A stretch of DNA of 24,590 nt, taken from positions 1 to 24,590 of IMG/VR virus record IMGVR_UViG_3300011334_000048; one strand, written 5' to 3'. The notes under the pieces were generated by a model. The model saw nothing but the letters and a program-made list of their open reading frames with translations. It was not told the origin of the DNA and searched no databases. The DNA comes from a virus. Lineage: Duplodnaviria; Caudoviricetes. Below, in pieces: positions 7,346 through 16,208 of this stretch. Made by a program: the position numbers and the translations under genes. Numbering within the stretch: the first letter of the stretch is position 1; each line of letters starts with the position of its first letter.

Positions 7346-8196
7346 ACGATACTCGTAATAATGCCGTCAGTGACGGTGACTGTTTTTAAATCAACAGTAG
7401 TGAATGATCCAGATGCGCCAGTGTTCTTGACAGATATGGTGCCAAGGCCCGTGATGTCGGTATTGGGGATTGTGGCAGATGCTGTGAAAGCCGACGTGCC
7501 ATTGCCTTTGACATATCCCGTCAACGTAACTGCGCCTGTGCCACCATTACCCACAGCCAATGTTCCGCTAACATGGGTTGTCAAACCGATCTTTCCCCAT
7601 GCAGGTGCCGTGTTAACGCCGCCTGAAATAAGCGCGTTGCCAGTAGCAACATCAGACAGTTTGGCTAATGTAGTGGTTGTATCTGCATACAGTAAATCAC
7701 CAACTGCATAAGAGCCAAGTCCTGTCCCGCCATTAACTGCTATCAATGTGCCTGCAAGGGTTACAACACCAGTAGTGGCCGTTGCTGGTGTCAAGCCTGT
7801 TGTGCTGCCCGAAAAAGACAACACACCAGTGTTAGCTACGGTTACATTACCTGCTGCGCTGGACACTGAAATGCCTGTGCCAGCAATGTTTGACAGCACG
7901 CCCGTGTTAGCTACAGTAATGGTGCCAAGTCCATTGGTGACCGAAATGCCTGCGTTAACGCCAAGCGTATTTAGGGTATACCCTGTGCCATTGCCAATAA
8001 GCAATTGGCCGTTGGTTGGAATAGTGGATAACCCTGTACCGCCGCTAGCAACTGGAATAACGCCAACCCCACTACCAACCAGATTGTACAAACTATAGAA
8101 CCACCGATACCACTCACGCGACACCGCGCCAGTGCGTTCGTCAATAATCGGCACCCGTGGGGGTGTGATTTGAGTGGAGTTTGGACTGGTGGCCAT
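7342..8196 (-). CDS. Tail needle/short fibre (gp26 position), 284 aa
   Basis: N-terminal PRVPIIDERTGAVSREWYRWF anchor followed by GGTG-containing Gly/Thr fibre repeats; directly after the gp10 homologue. Confidence 0.7.
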   Translation of the reverse strand: MATSPNSTQITPPRVPIIDERTGAVSREWYRWFYSLYNLVGSGVGVIPVASGGTGLSTIPTNGQLLIGNGTGYTLNTLGVNAGISVTNGLGTITVANTGVLSNIAGTGISVSSAAGNVTVANTGVLSFSGSTTGLTPATATTGVVTLAGTLIAVNGGTGLGSYAVGDLLYADTTTTLAKLSDVATGNALISGGVNTAPAWGKIGLTTHVSGTLAVGNGGTGAVTLTGYVKGNGTSAFTASATIPNTDITGLGTISVKNTGASGSFTTVDLKTVTVTDGIITSIV

Positions 8197-8198
8197 GA

Positions 8199-9842
8199 TC
8201 AGGCATTAGTCGGGCTAATGATTAGTTCTGCGCCCATGATGGCTATTTTGTTGGGGTCAGTGCCTGAAAGTTCGTATACGCGGTCTCGCAGCTTCAATGT
8301 CATGCCAAGCCTGCGCCAAAAAGTTCGGTGGCCATACGCACCAAGTTTGCCTAGCGATGACCAATGTTCATTTGACCATGTGTGCCCACCATCGTCCGAC
8401 CAACGCAACATAGCTTCGGGGTTGTACCCTGGTGCAGCGGGGTATGAATTAGTGACCAAGTTATAACCGCTAATGTCGGTATCTGGCACCTCAAATTGAC
8501 CAAGAGGATTAAAACCATCTCCTGCTTCCGTAGTCAATGTATTTCCTGATTGGGTAGCCAACTGTACTTGTACATATTCAGCTATTAAATTTAAACCTGA
8601 CTCAGTATCAATATTTTCGCTGTCGTATTCAGGGTATAAATTTAACCCCACACCTGTTTCACAATCTAATTGTAGGCTGTGATGCGCTGTGCGTTTAAGG
8701 TTGTTTGTGCCGGTGGGCAACGCCCGCCATGAGCGTAGCCACTTTTGAATGTCGCCATTGTCGGCGTACACATCTAAGTCAAACGTGTAGATGTTGCCGT
8801 TTTCAAAGTCGCCAACAATGATGTTGCCGCCAAAGTTACATTGGCAATTACTACGGTGCCGCATAAACTCGCCGTCGCTAAAGCCAGCTCGTTCATGCCA
8901 TGCTTGCGTGGCTACGTCATACACCCAAGTAGCGTTACCGCTAGGAAACGTCAGCACATAAAAAGCATGGCCTTCTTGCTGGTATGTGTAGGCAATAGCG
9001 TCTGAAATGTTGCCGTATTGGGCAATGGCGTATTCAATAGCGTGAGTGGAAATACGAACGCCGGAATAGCCATTGGCTCGGTAGACAATACCTTGGCCAC
9101 GGGCATCAGTGCCCAGCCAGAACAAGCCGTTGTCCATCTTAGCAATGGTGTACGCAGACACGCAGCCAATCTCGTTAAAAGCGCCTTGGATGCGTTCTAA
9201 TGGAAAGTCAGGATTGCCGACGTTATACCAAACTTCAACAGAATCAGTGCCAAACACCCATAGCTCGCGGTGGTCAGCAATGATGCCCACCACGCCGTCA
9301 GGCGAACCTTCGGCGCTGGCAAAATCTAATGGATCGACTGATTGTCCATTAAGCAATTGCGACACCCAAAGAATTTGACTGTTGGGCTGATTAAAAACAA
9401 AATAGCCGTCAAGGTACGCTACTGTTACAGCACCAGCAAAATCAGGGTCGGTGATCTGAGCAAAGACGTTGGTGCTTTCGTTATAGATAAAACCGTCAGG
9501 ATTGCAAGCCAAAAAGATTTGCGTTCCATTGTCAGCAATAGACACGGGGCCAGTGCCTGTCACGTTTCCCAACAGCGTAGGTGTGGCGGTTAAGCTAGTC
9601 AATTTAAAAAACTGATTGCCAGATACTACAAAAAAGTCACTGCCATTGGTTTGATGCGCCCACAAAGCTCGGATTGGGCCAACACCTACAGTTTGCAAAA
9701 ATTTAAGACCAGGGGCACGGTTAAGAAACCCAGGCTCCTTGCCACCTTCGGGAATAACTTCGGGGAACAGATTGACCATGCGGTTGTTTGCCGCGTTAAT
9801 ACTGCGGGCAACATAGGCCGATCCTAAAATCGGCGTTTTCAT
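8199..9842 (-). CDS. Tail hub / packaged DNA stabilization protein (P22 gp10-like), 547 aa
   Basis: VNLFPE, DGYFVF, ASAEGSPD, YQQEGHAFYVLTFP, TWVYD, MLRWSDDGGHTWSNE, WRRLG motifs. Confidence 0.88.
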   Translation of the reverse strand: MKTPILGSAYVARSINAANNRMVNLFPEVIPEGGKEPGFLNRAPGLKFLQTVGVGPIRALWAHQTNGSDFFVVSGNQFFKLTSLTATPTLLGNVTGTGPVSIADNGTQIFLACNPDGFIYNESTNVFAQITDPDFAGAVTVAYLDGYFVFNQPNSQILWVSQLLNGQSVDPLDFASAEGSPDGVVGIIADHRELWVFGTDSVEVWYNVGNPDFPLERIQGAFNEIGCVSAYTIAKMDNGLFWLGTDARGQGIVYRANGYSGVRISTHAIEYAIAQYGNISDAIAYTYQQEGHAFYVLTFPSGNATWVYDVATQAWHERAGFSDGEFMRHRSNCQCNFGGNIIVGDFENGNIYTFDLDVYADNGDIQKWLRSWRALPTGTNNLKRTAHHSLQLDCETGVGLNLYPEYDSENIDTESGLNLIAEYVQVQLATQSGNTLTTEAGDGFNPLGQFEVPDTDISGYNLVTNSYPAAPGYNPEAMLRWSDDGGHTWSNEHWSSLGKLGAYGHRTFWRRLGMTLKLRDRVYELSGTDPNKIAIMGAELIISPTNA

Positions 9843-10441
9843 TATGCGGCTACGCCTTTAATTACTGCAAAGTTAAATACTGGTGTTTCTGTAGTCGTGC
9901 CGCCAGTGGTGCGGAATGTAATGTTGAAACTTCCAGCAGCCACAGCAGTGACCATCAAGTCGTACAAGTCAGTGCCTGACTTTTGGTTTAGGATAATGAC
10001 ATCGGTTGCCGCTACGGTGCTGTTTGTCACTGTGAATGTTGCAGCCGTAGTTGAACCCGCCACACTGAATAATGTAATTGCACCTGTTGTTTTGTTAAGT
10101 GTTACGCCTGTAGTGCGACTTGTTATTTGCGTAACCGCGCCGCCTGCGCCTGTGGCATAACCCACGCCCGCAGTGCCCGTTGATGCAATTACACCTGTGG
10201 AGGTTAAACTTGTACCTGTAGCTGCGCCAATATTAGGCGCTGTAAGTACCATTCCTGTACTAGTGCAAGCGCTGATGTTACCACTAGCAACGGTTCCTAG
10301 AGCAGGCGTAACCAAGTTTGCATTAGTAAACAATAGCGCGTTAGTAATTTGTTTTGTTGTGCCCGCTTGAACAATGGGCAAAACATCGGTTGTAACGGCA
10401 GCGGTGGCTACGGGAAGAGCTGTGATTGCGATGGTGGCCAT
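9842..10441 (-). CDS. Virion appendage/fibre-like protein, 199 aa
   Basis: Start reassigned to MATIAITALP (10441; AGGA SD, follows the upstream TAA); Thr/Ala-rich; C-terminal domain paralogous to 11392-11832. Confidence 0.75.
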   Translation of the reverse strand: MATIAITALPVATAAVTTDVLPIVQAGTTKQITNALLFTNANLVTPALGTVASGNISACTSTGMVLTAPNIGAATGTSLTSTGVIASTGTAGVGYATGAGGAVTQITSRTTGVTLNKTTGAITLFSVAGSTTAATFTVTNSTVAATDVIILNQKSGTDLYDLMVTAVAAGSFNITFRTTGGTTTETPVFNFAVIKGVAA

Positions 10442-10442
10442 A

Positions 10443-11159
10443 TTAGTAATTTCCTGCAAAAATGTTAAAACGTTGACGGGATGACACAATAGCGTAAGGC
10501 ATAGACATAATGTCATCAGGATTGTTGATGCGCTTCAAATTGCGCTTGGAAGTCATTGCAATGCGTTGGACTTGTGGGCTTGGTTCCACACCAAACTCAG
10601 GTGCAATTTCCATAGCCAAGTTGTAGGTGAAGGCTCGCAAATAGCCTGGTGGAAACAGAATGTTTGTTGCCAAATTAGCTGGCTGGGTTAACTCTTCAAC
10701 CGAAATAAAATGCCATTCCAAATCCCGTGTGGGTTTAGGATAGATGTACATATCAACGTCAGGGTAGGTCATGTTGATAAACAAGACTTGCGGATATGTA
10801 GATGTAACCGTCTTAACAGCAATACCGTCGTATTGTTGTTGATTAATCATTTTTATGCCGTAAGACACGTTAGTGCCTGGGTCACGGTAGTAGGTAGCGT
10901 CATCTAGCAGCACAGGTCGGTTGCCTACAAAGTTACCTGTTGGGCCAAGGGTGCGGTTGATAAATCCAGCAGGCCAAGTAAACATTTGATCTTGGGTACT
11001 GAAAACAGACAAACGCTCAGTATTCCATGAATCAATCATCTGATTTAGCGCCATCAGCGAATCTTGGGAAACAGACGCGGAAGTTGTCTCACCTTCGGCC
11101 AATACGCCAAGCAATCGCAATGCTCTGTTGATTTGATCGCCAGCAGTGTATATGGCCAT
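10443..11159 (-). CDS. Head-tail adaptor (P22 gp4-like), 238 aa
   Basis: TAGDQINRALRLLGV...ALNQMIDSW N-terminus and PPGYLRAFTYNLAMEIAPEFG C-terminus match the gp4 pattern. Confidence 0.8.
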   Translation of the reverse strand: MAIYTAGDQINRALRLLGVLAEGETTSASVSQDSLMALNQMIDSWNTERLSVFSTQDQMFTWPAGFINRTLGPTGNFVGNRPVLLDDATYYRDPGTNVSYGIKMINQQQYDGIAVKTVTSTYPQVLFINMTYPDVDMYIYPKPTRDLEWHFISVEELTQPANLATNILFPPGYLRAFTYNLAMEIAPEFGVEPSPQVQRIAMTSKRNLKRINNPDDIMSMPYAIVSSRQRFNIFAGNY

Positions 11160-11160
11160 A

Positions 11161-11358
11161 TTACGCTCCTTGTTCTGCCGCCTCTAAACTGGGTCGGCCA
11201 CGACGACGTTTAACTTCCAATTCGTTTGCAACAGGAGCCGCCTCAACAGGCGTGTCCAAAGTATACCTTGTCCAGCCATTTGTTTCATCATAAACGGCTT
11301 CAAGTTCCATCGTTGCAACTTTGCGGCCATGAACGGGGGGAGAAAGGTAAATTTCCAT
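11161..11358 (-). CDS. Hypothetical protein, 65 aa, with KRRRGRP AT-hook-like motif
   Basis: Fills the gap; ends in AGGAGCGTAAT-ATG, supplying the SD of the next gene. Confidence 0.75.
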   Translation of the reverse strand: MEIYLSPPVHGRKVATMELEAVYDETNGWTRYTLDTPVEAAPVANELEVKRRRGRPSLEAAEQGA

Positions 11359-11361
11359 ATT

Positions 11362-11385
11362 AAAAAGGGGGGCTTGTGGCCCCCC
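11362..11385 (-). terminator. Rho-independent terminator
   Basis: Minus strand GGGGGGC-CACAA-GCCCCCC-TTTTT right after the stop at 11392. Confidence 0.75.
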
Positions 11386-11391
11386 TCCTTT

Positions 11392-11832
11392 TTAGGCTTT
11401 CGCGACGTGGATTAAAGCAAAATTCAAAGTCAGCGCCTCAGACAAGCTGCCTGCGGATGCGTTTGAAATTACAACGGTAAATGACCCAGCAGCCACAGCA
11501 GCCACCGAAAGCAAATACGTTCCCGCAGTTGCCGCACCGCTTGCTAATGCCAGAATTGGAACATCATAAGCACCAACCGCGCTATTTGTCACTATAAATG
11601 CAACTTCAACCCCTGCGGCTAAAGCAGCATTATTTGTTACAATTTGACCAACAGATGCGTTGATGGTCACACCAGTAGATTTGCTAGTAGCTTGAGTAAC
11701 AGTTGAAGGCGCTGTAGTAGAGCTTCCAGTGTTATACCCAAGTTGTCCACTTCCAGCCAAAGCATAGATTGTTGCTGAACCTTTAAGGTCTTGGTCTTCA
11801 AAAGCGACACCAATTGATTTAGTATTTGCCAT
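11392..11832 (-). CDS. Putative capsid decoration/minor structural protein, 146 aa
   Basis: Start reassigned to MANTKSIG (11832; AAAGGA SD); Ala/Ser/Thr beta-rich. Confidence 0.75.
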   Translation of the reverse strand: MANTKSIGVAFEDQDLKGSATIYALAGSGQLGYNTGSSTTAPSTVTQATSKSTGVTINASVGQIVTNNAALAAGVEVAFIVTNSAVGAYDVPILALASGAATAGTYLLSVAAVAAGSFTVVISNASAGSLSEALTLNFALIHVAKA

Positions 11833-11845
11833 AATTTTTTCCTTT

Positions 11846-11869
11846 AAAAAAGGAGGGCCAAAGCCCCCC
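11846..11869 (-). terminator. Rho-independent terminator
   Basis: Minus strand GGGGGGC-TTTG-GCCCTCC-TTTTTT after the stop at 11878. Confidence 0.7.
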
Positions 11870-11877
11870 ATTTAAGT

Positions 11878-12300
11878 TTAGGCTACGCGATACACAGTGT
11901 ACGCAGCATCGGCAGTCTTGCGGAACAAGAACTGCGCCGCGCCACTAACACCCGCTGCACTGCCGGTGATAGGAACAACCAAGTTGCCCACCGCAGTAAT
12001 GCCAGTGCCCACAACCATCGTAATCAACCCAGTCGAAGTGCCTAAGTTAATAACTGTCAGTTCAAACGTGCTGTTAACTTTTGCGTTGGTGAACACTGCA
12101 TCAATTAACGTTGCCGTTGGAAGCGTGTACGACGCTGCTGTGGTAGACGGGCTGCCTACCAAGATGCCGCCAGTAATTTGCGCGGCAGTCAAAGTGGCCG
12201 TAGCAGTAGCCGTTTGTGGCGCTGCTTGAACGCCCATGATGATTTCGTTGGTGTTGCCATCAGTGAACTGGTATCCACCGCCAGAATTAGGTAATGCCAT
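11878..12300 (-). CDS. Putative capsid decoration/cement protein, 140 aa
   Basis: Immediately after the coat gene and before the first terminator; AAAGGA SD; YTLPTA motif; Thr/Ala-rich. Confidence 0.75.
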   Translation of the reverse strand: MALPNSGGGYQFTDGNTNEIIMGVQAAPQTATATATLTAAQITGGILVGSPSTTAASYTLPTATLIDAVFTNAKVNSTFELTVINLGTSTGLITMVVGTGITAVGNLVVPITGSAAGVSGAAQFLFRKTADAAYTVYRVA

Positions 12301-12327
12301 GATAATTTTCCTTTAAAAAGTTTCTGA

Positions 12328-13536
12328 TCAACCCCAGATGCGGCAGGCCATCTGTGGACGAATGGTGGAGAAGCCATACAGTACGTCAATACGGCAAGGC
12401 ATACGATCATTGTTGATGTCATACTGACGAACAACGCGCAAGCTGATACCGTTGTGGACAGCGCGAGCAGCCATATCGACGCCTTGGGGCAGCAACAAGT
12501 CGGCGGTCGCAAAAGTAATCGCGTCTTTGTGGTAGACCAAGTTTTGAGCGTAAGCAGTAGAAGCAGCGCCCACAAAAGTCACGGCTTTGCTAGTAGCAGG
12601 CAGCACGTTCATGGTAGCCAGCGCGTGGTTGGCAGAGTACATAGGCGCGACAGTCACAGTCCAAGTACCAGACACAGCAGTGGCGGCAGCCAAAGCTACG
12701 AATTGAAACAATGAACCAGTGGTTTCACGGGTCTGTGGGTTGACAGCAAAGCAGTCAGCAATAGTGAACACGTCGCCAGCGGCGATAGTAGTGGTCACAG
12801 AGCCTTGGGCCAGAGTCAAAGTGGAAGAACCTTCAGTTGTCACAGCGGCGCTGGTTGTGGTGGATGCAGAAGCATCACGTGAGCCAGTGGTGTGCTGTTT
12901 GATGGACTGAGACATATTCACTTCGTCGAAGCCCAACACGCCAGTGCCCATCATGCCGTTCTTAAACTGCTTGCTGATGGTGTCGGTTGGGTTGAACAAA
13001 CCTTTCATGCCTTCAACCAAACCAGCGTTAGCGGCAGGGTTGACGGTGGCGTAACGTGGTGACATCACGGCAGCGTTTTCGTTCAGCTTCTGCTGGGCTT
13101 GCAACAAGACCAAAGAAGTAGAAGGAGTGGTGCCAGGGGTGCCAACGGTGTTACCGATGGTTTTGTACGCATTGGCAACATCAGCATCAATGCTGGAGGC
13201 CAACTGGCTGATACGAGGCTTTAGAACACGTTCTGCGAAGTCATCCAATTGCATGGTCAATTCAGCAGATGTGAAGTTGACACCAATGTGCTTTTGGCTG
13301 GCCACAGACAAAGTGGTGAACTGTTCGTTGTCGTCCTGAACTTGCAGGGCGGCACCGTCGGTCACCAGAGCGCGGTCGGGCAAACGAATACGCAGGGTTG
13401 AACCAATCTTGGCACCTTCAACAGCGAAGCTGTCGTCGTACTGACGGTTCACGTTACGGGTGAGCACCAGGTTGTTCTCGAGGATCTCGAGAGCTTTGCG
13501 GGTGATCATGTCGATCGTTAAGATACTATTAGACAT
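12328..13536 (-). CDS. Major capsid protein (P22 coat gp5 family), 402 aa
   Basis: MSNSILTIDMITRKALEILENN, KIGSTLRIRLP, AGDVFTIA, CRIDVLYG; follows the scaffold; AAGGA SD. Confidence 0.93.
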   Translation of the reverse strand: MSNSILTIDMITRKALEILENNLVLTRNVNRQYDDSFAVEGAKIGSTLRIRLPDRALVTDGAALQVQDDNEQFTTLSVASQKHIGVNFTSAELTMQLDDFAERVLKPRISQLASSIDADVANAYKTIGNTVGTPGTTPSTSLVLLQAQQKLNENAAVMSPRYATVNPAANAGLVEGMKGLFNPTDTISKQFKNGMMGTGVLGFDEVNMSQSIKQHTTGSRDASASTTTSAAVTTEGSSTLTLAQGSVTTTIAAGDVFTIADCFAVNPQTRETTGSLFQFVALAAATAVSGTWTVTVAPMYSANHALATMNVLPATSKAVTFVGAASTAYAQNLVYHKDAITFATADLLLPQGVDMAARAVHNGISLRVVRQYDINNDRMPCRIDVLYGFSTIRPQMACRIWG

Positions 13537-13559
13537 GGAAAAAATCCTTCACAAATTGT

Positions 13560-14345
13560 TTAGCGGTTTTGTGCTTCCCACTTCTTACGCTGTCTTGCTC
13601 GTTCAGCTTCAATCCACTGCGAATCGGTCATGGTCTTGGTAGACCGTGGATCCGTAGTGTCATAAGCTGGGCCTCCAGAGGAGCGAGCTGTAACCGGCGA
13701 AATCGGTGCTGGCGCTGACGTAGTTCTTTTCACGGGAGGATCGGTAGCCAACTTGGCCTCAATTCTCCCAATTTCTTTGGCCTGCATGATAGGCGCAAGA
13801 CGAGATATGCGATCCGCTTCCTTGGGGTTAGCACCGAGGTAGTAAGCTACTTCAGGGCCTGCATCCGAGGCTTGAATCGTCTGAGCCATCACGTTAGTAA
13901 TTGGCAGCTTGGGGTTGTAGGCGACTTGTTCAAAATCGTCGTACTTAGTCCGAGCTTCCTCTTCCTTTTCGTGGTAAGACTCAAGAATTGCAGATTGCTG
14001 CCTTGCTTCTTCTCGCTGGGCAAGCAGTTGTTCGGCTTTCTGGTAGGCCAATGCGTCTGCATAGGCTTCAGGGCTTTCAAACTGATCGACTGGCGGGACG
14101 TCTGCTGGCGCTCTCAGCGTCTGGGCTTCCGCTTGACGTTGAGACTGCTCTCTTTCCCACTTACGTTGCTCTCTTGCAAGTCGTTTGCCGATTGCTGCAT
14201 CAAGTTCTTCTTGGGTAAAAACCCTTGAAGGCTCTTTTGCTTCTTCAGCGACTTCCGGCGTTTGAGTTGCTTCCTGAGTGGCCGTCACTTCTGGAGCTGG
14301 CGCGGAGTCGACTTCCGCTAAGGGTTGTTGGACTTCTTCAGTCAT
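13560..14345 (-). CDS. Scaffolding protein, 261 aa
   Basis: Acidic N-terminus, FTQEELDAAIGKRLARE coiled coil, GPEVAYYLG, basic C-terminal helix; directly upstream of the coat gene. Confidence 0.85.
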   Translation of the reverse strand: MTEEVQQPLAEVDSAPAPEVTATQEATQTPEVAEEAKEPSRVFTQEELDAAIGKRLAREQRKWEREQSQRQAEAQTLRAPADVPPVDQFESPEAYADALAYQKAEQLLAQREEARQQSAILESYHEKEEEARTKYDDFEQVAYNPKLPITNVMAQTIQASDAGPEVAYYLGANPKEADRISRLAPIMQAKEIGRIEAKLATDPPVKRTTSAPAPISPVTARSSGGPAYDTTDPRSTKTMTDSQWIEAERARQRKKWEAQNR

Positions 14346-14349
14346 TTTT

Positions 14350-14381
14350 GAATCTCAATGATTCCCTGGTGATCGCACCAG
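14350..14381 (-). promoter_or_regulatory. Tandem hairpins in the scaffold 5' leader
   Basis: CTGGTG-CGAT-CACCAG then GAATC-ATTGA-GATTC, ending 4 nt before the ATG; no adjacent SD. Confidence 0.5.
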
Positions 14382-14397
14382 TACGGTTTTTGCAATC

Positions 14398-16197
14398 TTA
14401 CATCGAAATTTCATAAAAACCAGTCAAATTCATCGTGAATGTGCCAGCACCAAAAGCCGTGTCTGTAATTGCACTACGACCTGTTGCTGTTGTTTGACCA
14501 AGAACAATAACAGTAGAACTTGTATTAATATTTGCATCGGGGGCACCTGTTAAACCGACGAACCCGGAAATAAATTGAACAGGAACTGTTTGCGAAATAC
14601 TGTTATCGCTTGTAAAAGGCAAACCAGTAACTGTTGCGTCACCTGTTGAAGTGCCTTTGCTAGTTACGATCAAGCGAATTTGGAAAAATAGCCTTGATCC
14701 AATTTTTTTGTATCTTCCAACTTGTGTTGCGTAGGTAACACCCACACTTGCACCGCCAAAAGCAACCGCAGGTGTAAACGTTTCCTCTGCAAAATACAAA
14801 GCGCTTCCGACTTGTGCAGGGTTGTAGTCTGGTCGCCCAGTGTTACCTAGCATCACAATATTTTCGCATTGATCACTGTCAAGAGTTAAACCGTAATCAG
14901 TTATGCCAGTACCAAAACGATTAGCTGTTATAGATACGCCAAGTGCTTGTCTGTTTACAGAAACTCCAGTATTAGCACAATTAATGGCGTTGCTCATACT
15001 GTTAAAAATGTTACCAGCAATATTAACGCCATATCCTTTTTCAATTCTTATGCCACTGCCGACATATTGGTCCCCAAAAAGTTTGTTACCTGAAATATTA
15101 ACGCCCTGACTAAAAATATTTGCTTCTTGATCGCCTAACTGAATCATGCGCGTCATTGTTAGATCTCTAGGCTCCATGTAATTGCCAGTAATCGATAACC
15201 CATTGTTTCTTTTGGCAAGAATATTAACAGGAACACGGTGTACATCAAAATTACAGCCCGAAATAGTTACCATTGACATTGGGCCTGTGTTGCCCATTGT
15301 AATTACGCTATTTGGCGTTGTCGTGCCGCCAGCCGTTGTATTTAATGACCCAAACGTACAGTTTGTAATTTTTGTAGAGTGCGCGGTTTCGTCAAAAACA
15401 ATGTGGTTTGTTTTATGATCATACGACACTACGTTGTCAATAACCGAAGAAAAGCAAGATTCTATAAAGTAAATTCCTGTGTAGGCTTCATAGATGCCCA
15501 TTTTTTCAATTAACAAATTGCTGGACAGCGTTGCGCGAATAGCGTTGCATTTACTTTCACATAAAATACTAAGTTGACGAATCTGAAAACCTCTAGCGGT
15601 AGTAAGATCAATTATCCAAACTGCTGAACTATCTACACCGTCGTACACAATTCTTGAAGCGCCCTGATTGTCTACCCCAACATTAAAAATTTCAACTCCA
15701 CGGCCATCCCCGTACATTATAAAATTTTTACACGTGATAGGGCTAAAACCAGATGTTATCCGGTAATCGCCTGCGGGAAAAAATAAACTTTGTGGATTGT
15801 TAATATCGGCTGTGCAATAATTAATAGCACTTTGAATTGCTGACGTGTCATCAGTTGTGCCATTTCCAGTAGCGCCAAAATCTTTGACATTGATAATTGT
15901 ATTTCTATAGTTGGAAATGTTGTCATAAGTGCCAATCAATACATCATTACTGTCTTTTAGCACAAATTTGTACTGAGAAGCGTTAATTAACCAAATTTCG
16001 CCGCCTGGCACACGGCCAGCCGAATCTAAAATAATTGGATTAGTGTGTGCTGTTGACCCACCAAAGCTGGTGTATGTTTCTTGATTGGTAGTTGTACCAG
16101 CAGCGTAAGTGTAAATCTTTCCACCAGATAAGATTACGCCGTTGTTAGTAAAGAATTGGGCCGCTGCGCCGCCCAATGGGGAGAGATTAACGGCCAT
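14398..16197 (-). CDS. Tailspike/depolymerase-like protein with pectate-lyase-superfamily beta-helix, 599 aa
   Basis: NVKDFGATGNGTTDDTSAIQSA...FFPAGDY motif; Asn/Ile-rich PbH1-like repeats; N-terminal virion-binding-like domain (GKIYTYAAGTT...NPIILDSAGRVP); C-terminal TFTP..GRYKKIG..GLPF domain. Confidence 0.85.
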   Translation of the reverse strand: MAVNLSPLGGAAAQFFTNNGVILSGGKIYTYAAGTTTNQETYTSFGGSTAHTNPIILDSAGRVPGGEIWLINASQYKFVLKDSNDVLIGTYDNISNYRNTIINVKDFGATGNGTTDDTSAIQSAINYCTADINNPQSLFFPAGDYRITSGFSPITCKNFIMYGDGRGVEIFNVGVDNQGASRIVYDGVDSSAVWIIDLTTARGFQIRQLSILCESKCNAIRATLSSNLLIEKMGIYEAYTGIYFIESCFSSVIDNVVSYDHKTNHIVFDETAHSTKITNCTFGSLNTTAGGTTTPNSVITMGNTGPMSMVTISGCNFDVHRVPVNILAKRNNGLSITGNYMEPRDLTMTRMIQLGDQEANIFSQGVNISGNKLFGDQYVGSGIRIEKGYGVNIAGNIFNSMSNAINCANTGVSVNRQALGVSITANRFGTGITDYGLTLDSDQCENIVMLGNTGRPDYNPAQVGSALYFAEETFTPAVAFGGASVGVTYATQVGRYKKIGSRLFFQIRLIVTSKGTSTGDATVTGLPFTSDNSISQTVPVQFISGFVGLTGAPDANINTSSTVIVLGQTTATGRSAITDTAFGAGTFTMNLTGFYEISM

Positions 16198-16208
16198 GTT
16201 TTATCCTT

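Noticed and set aside
12301-12340. Programmed frameshift or readthrough extending the coat protein
   Set aside because: No clear slippery site before the TGA, an in-frame TAA follows within five codons, and the next gene has its own strong SD
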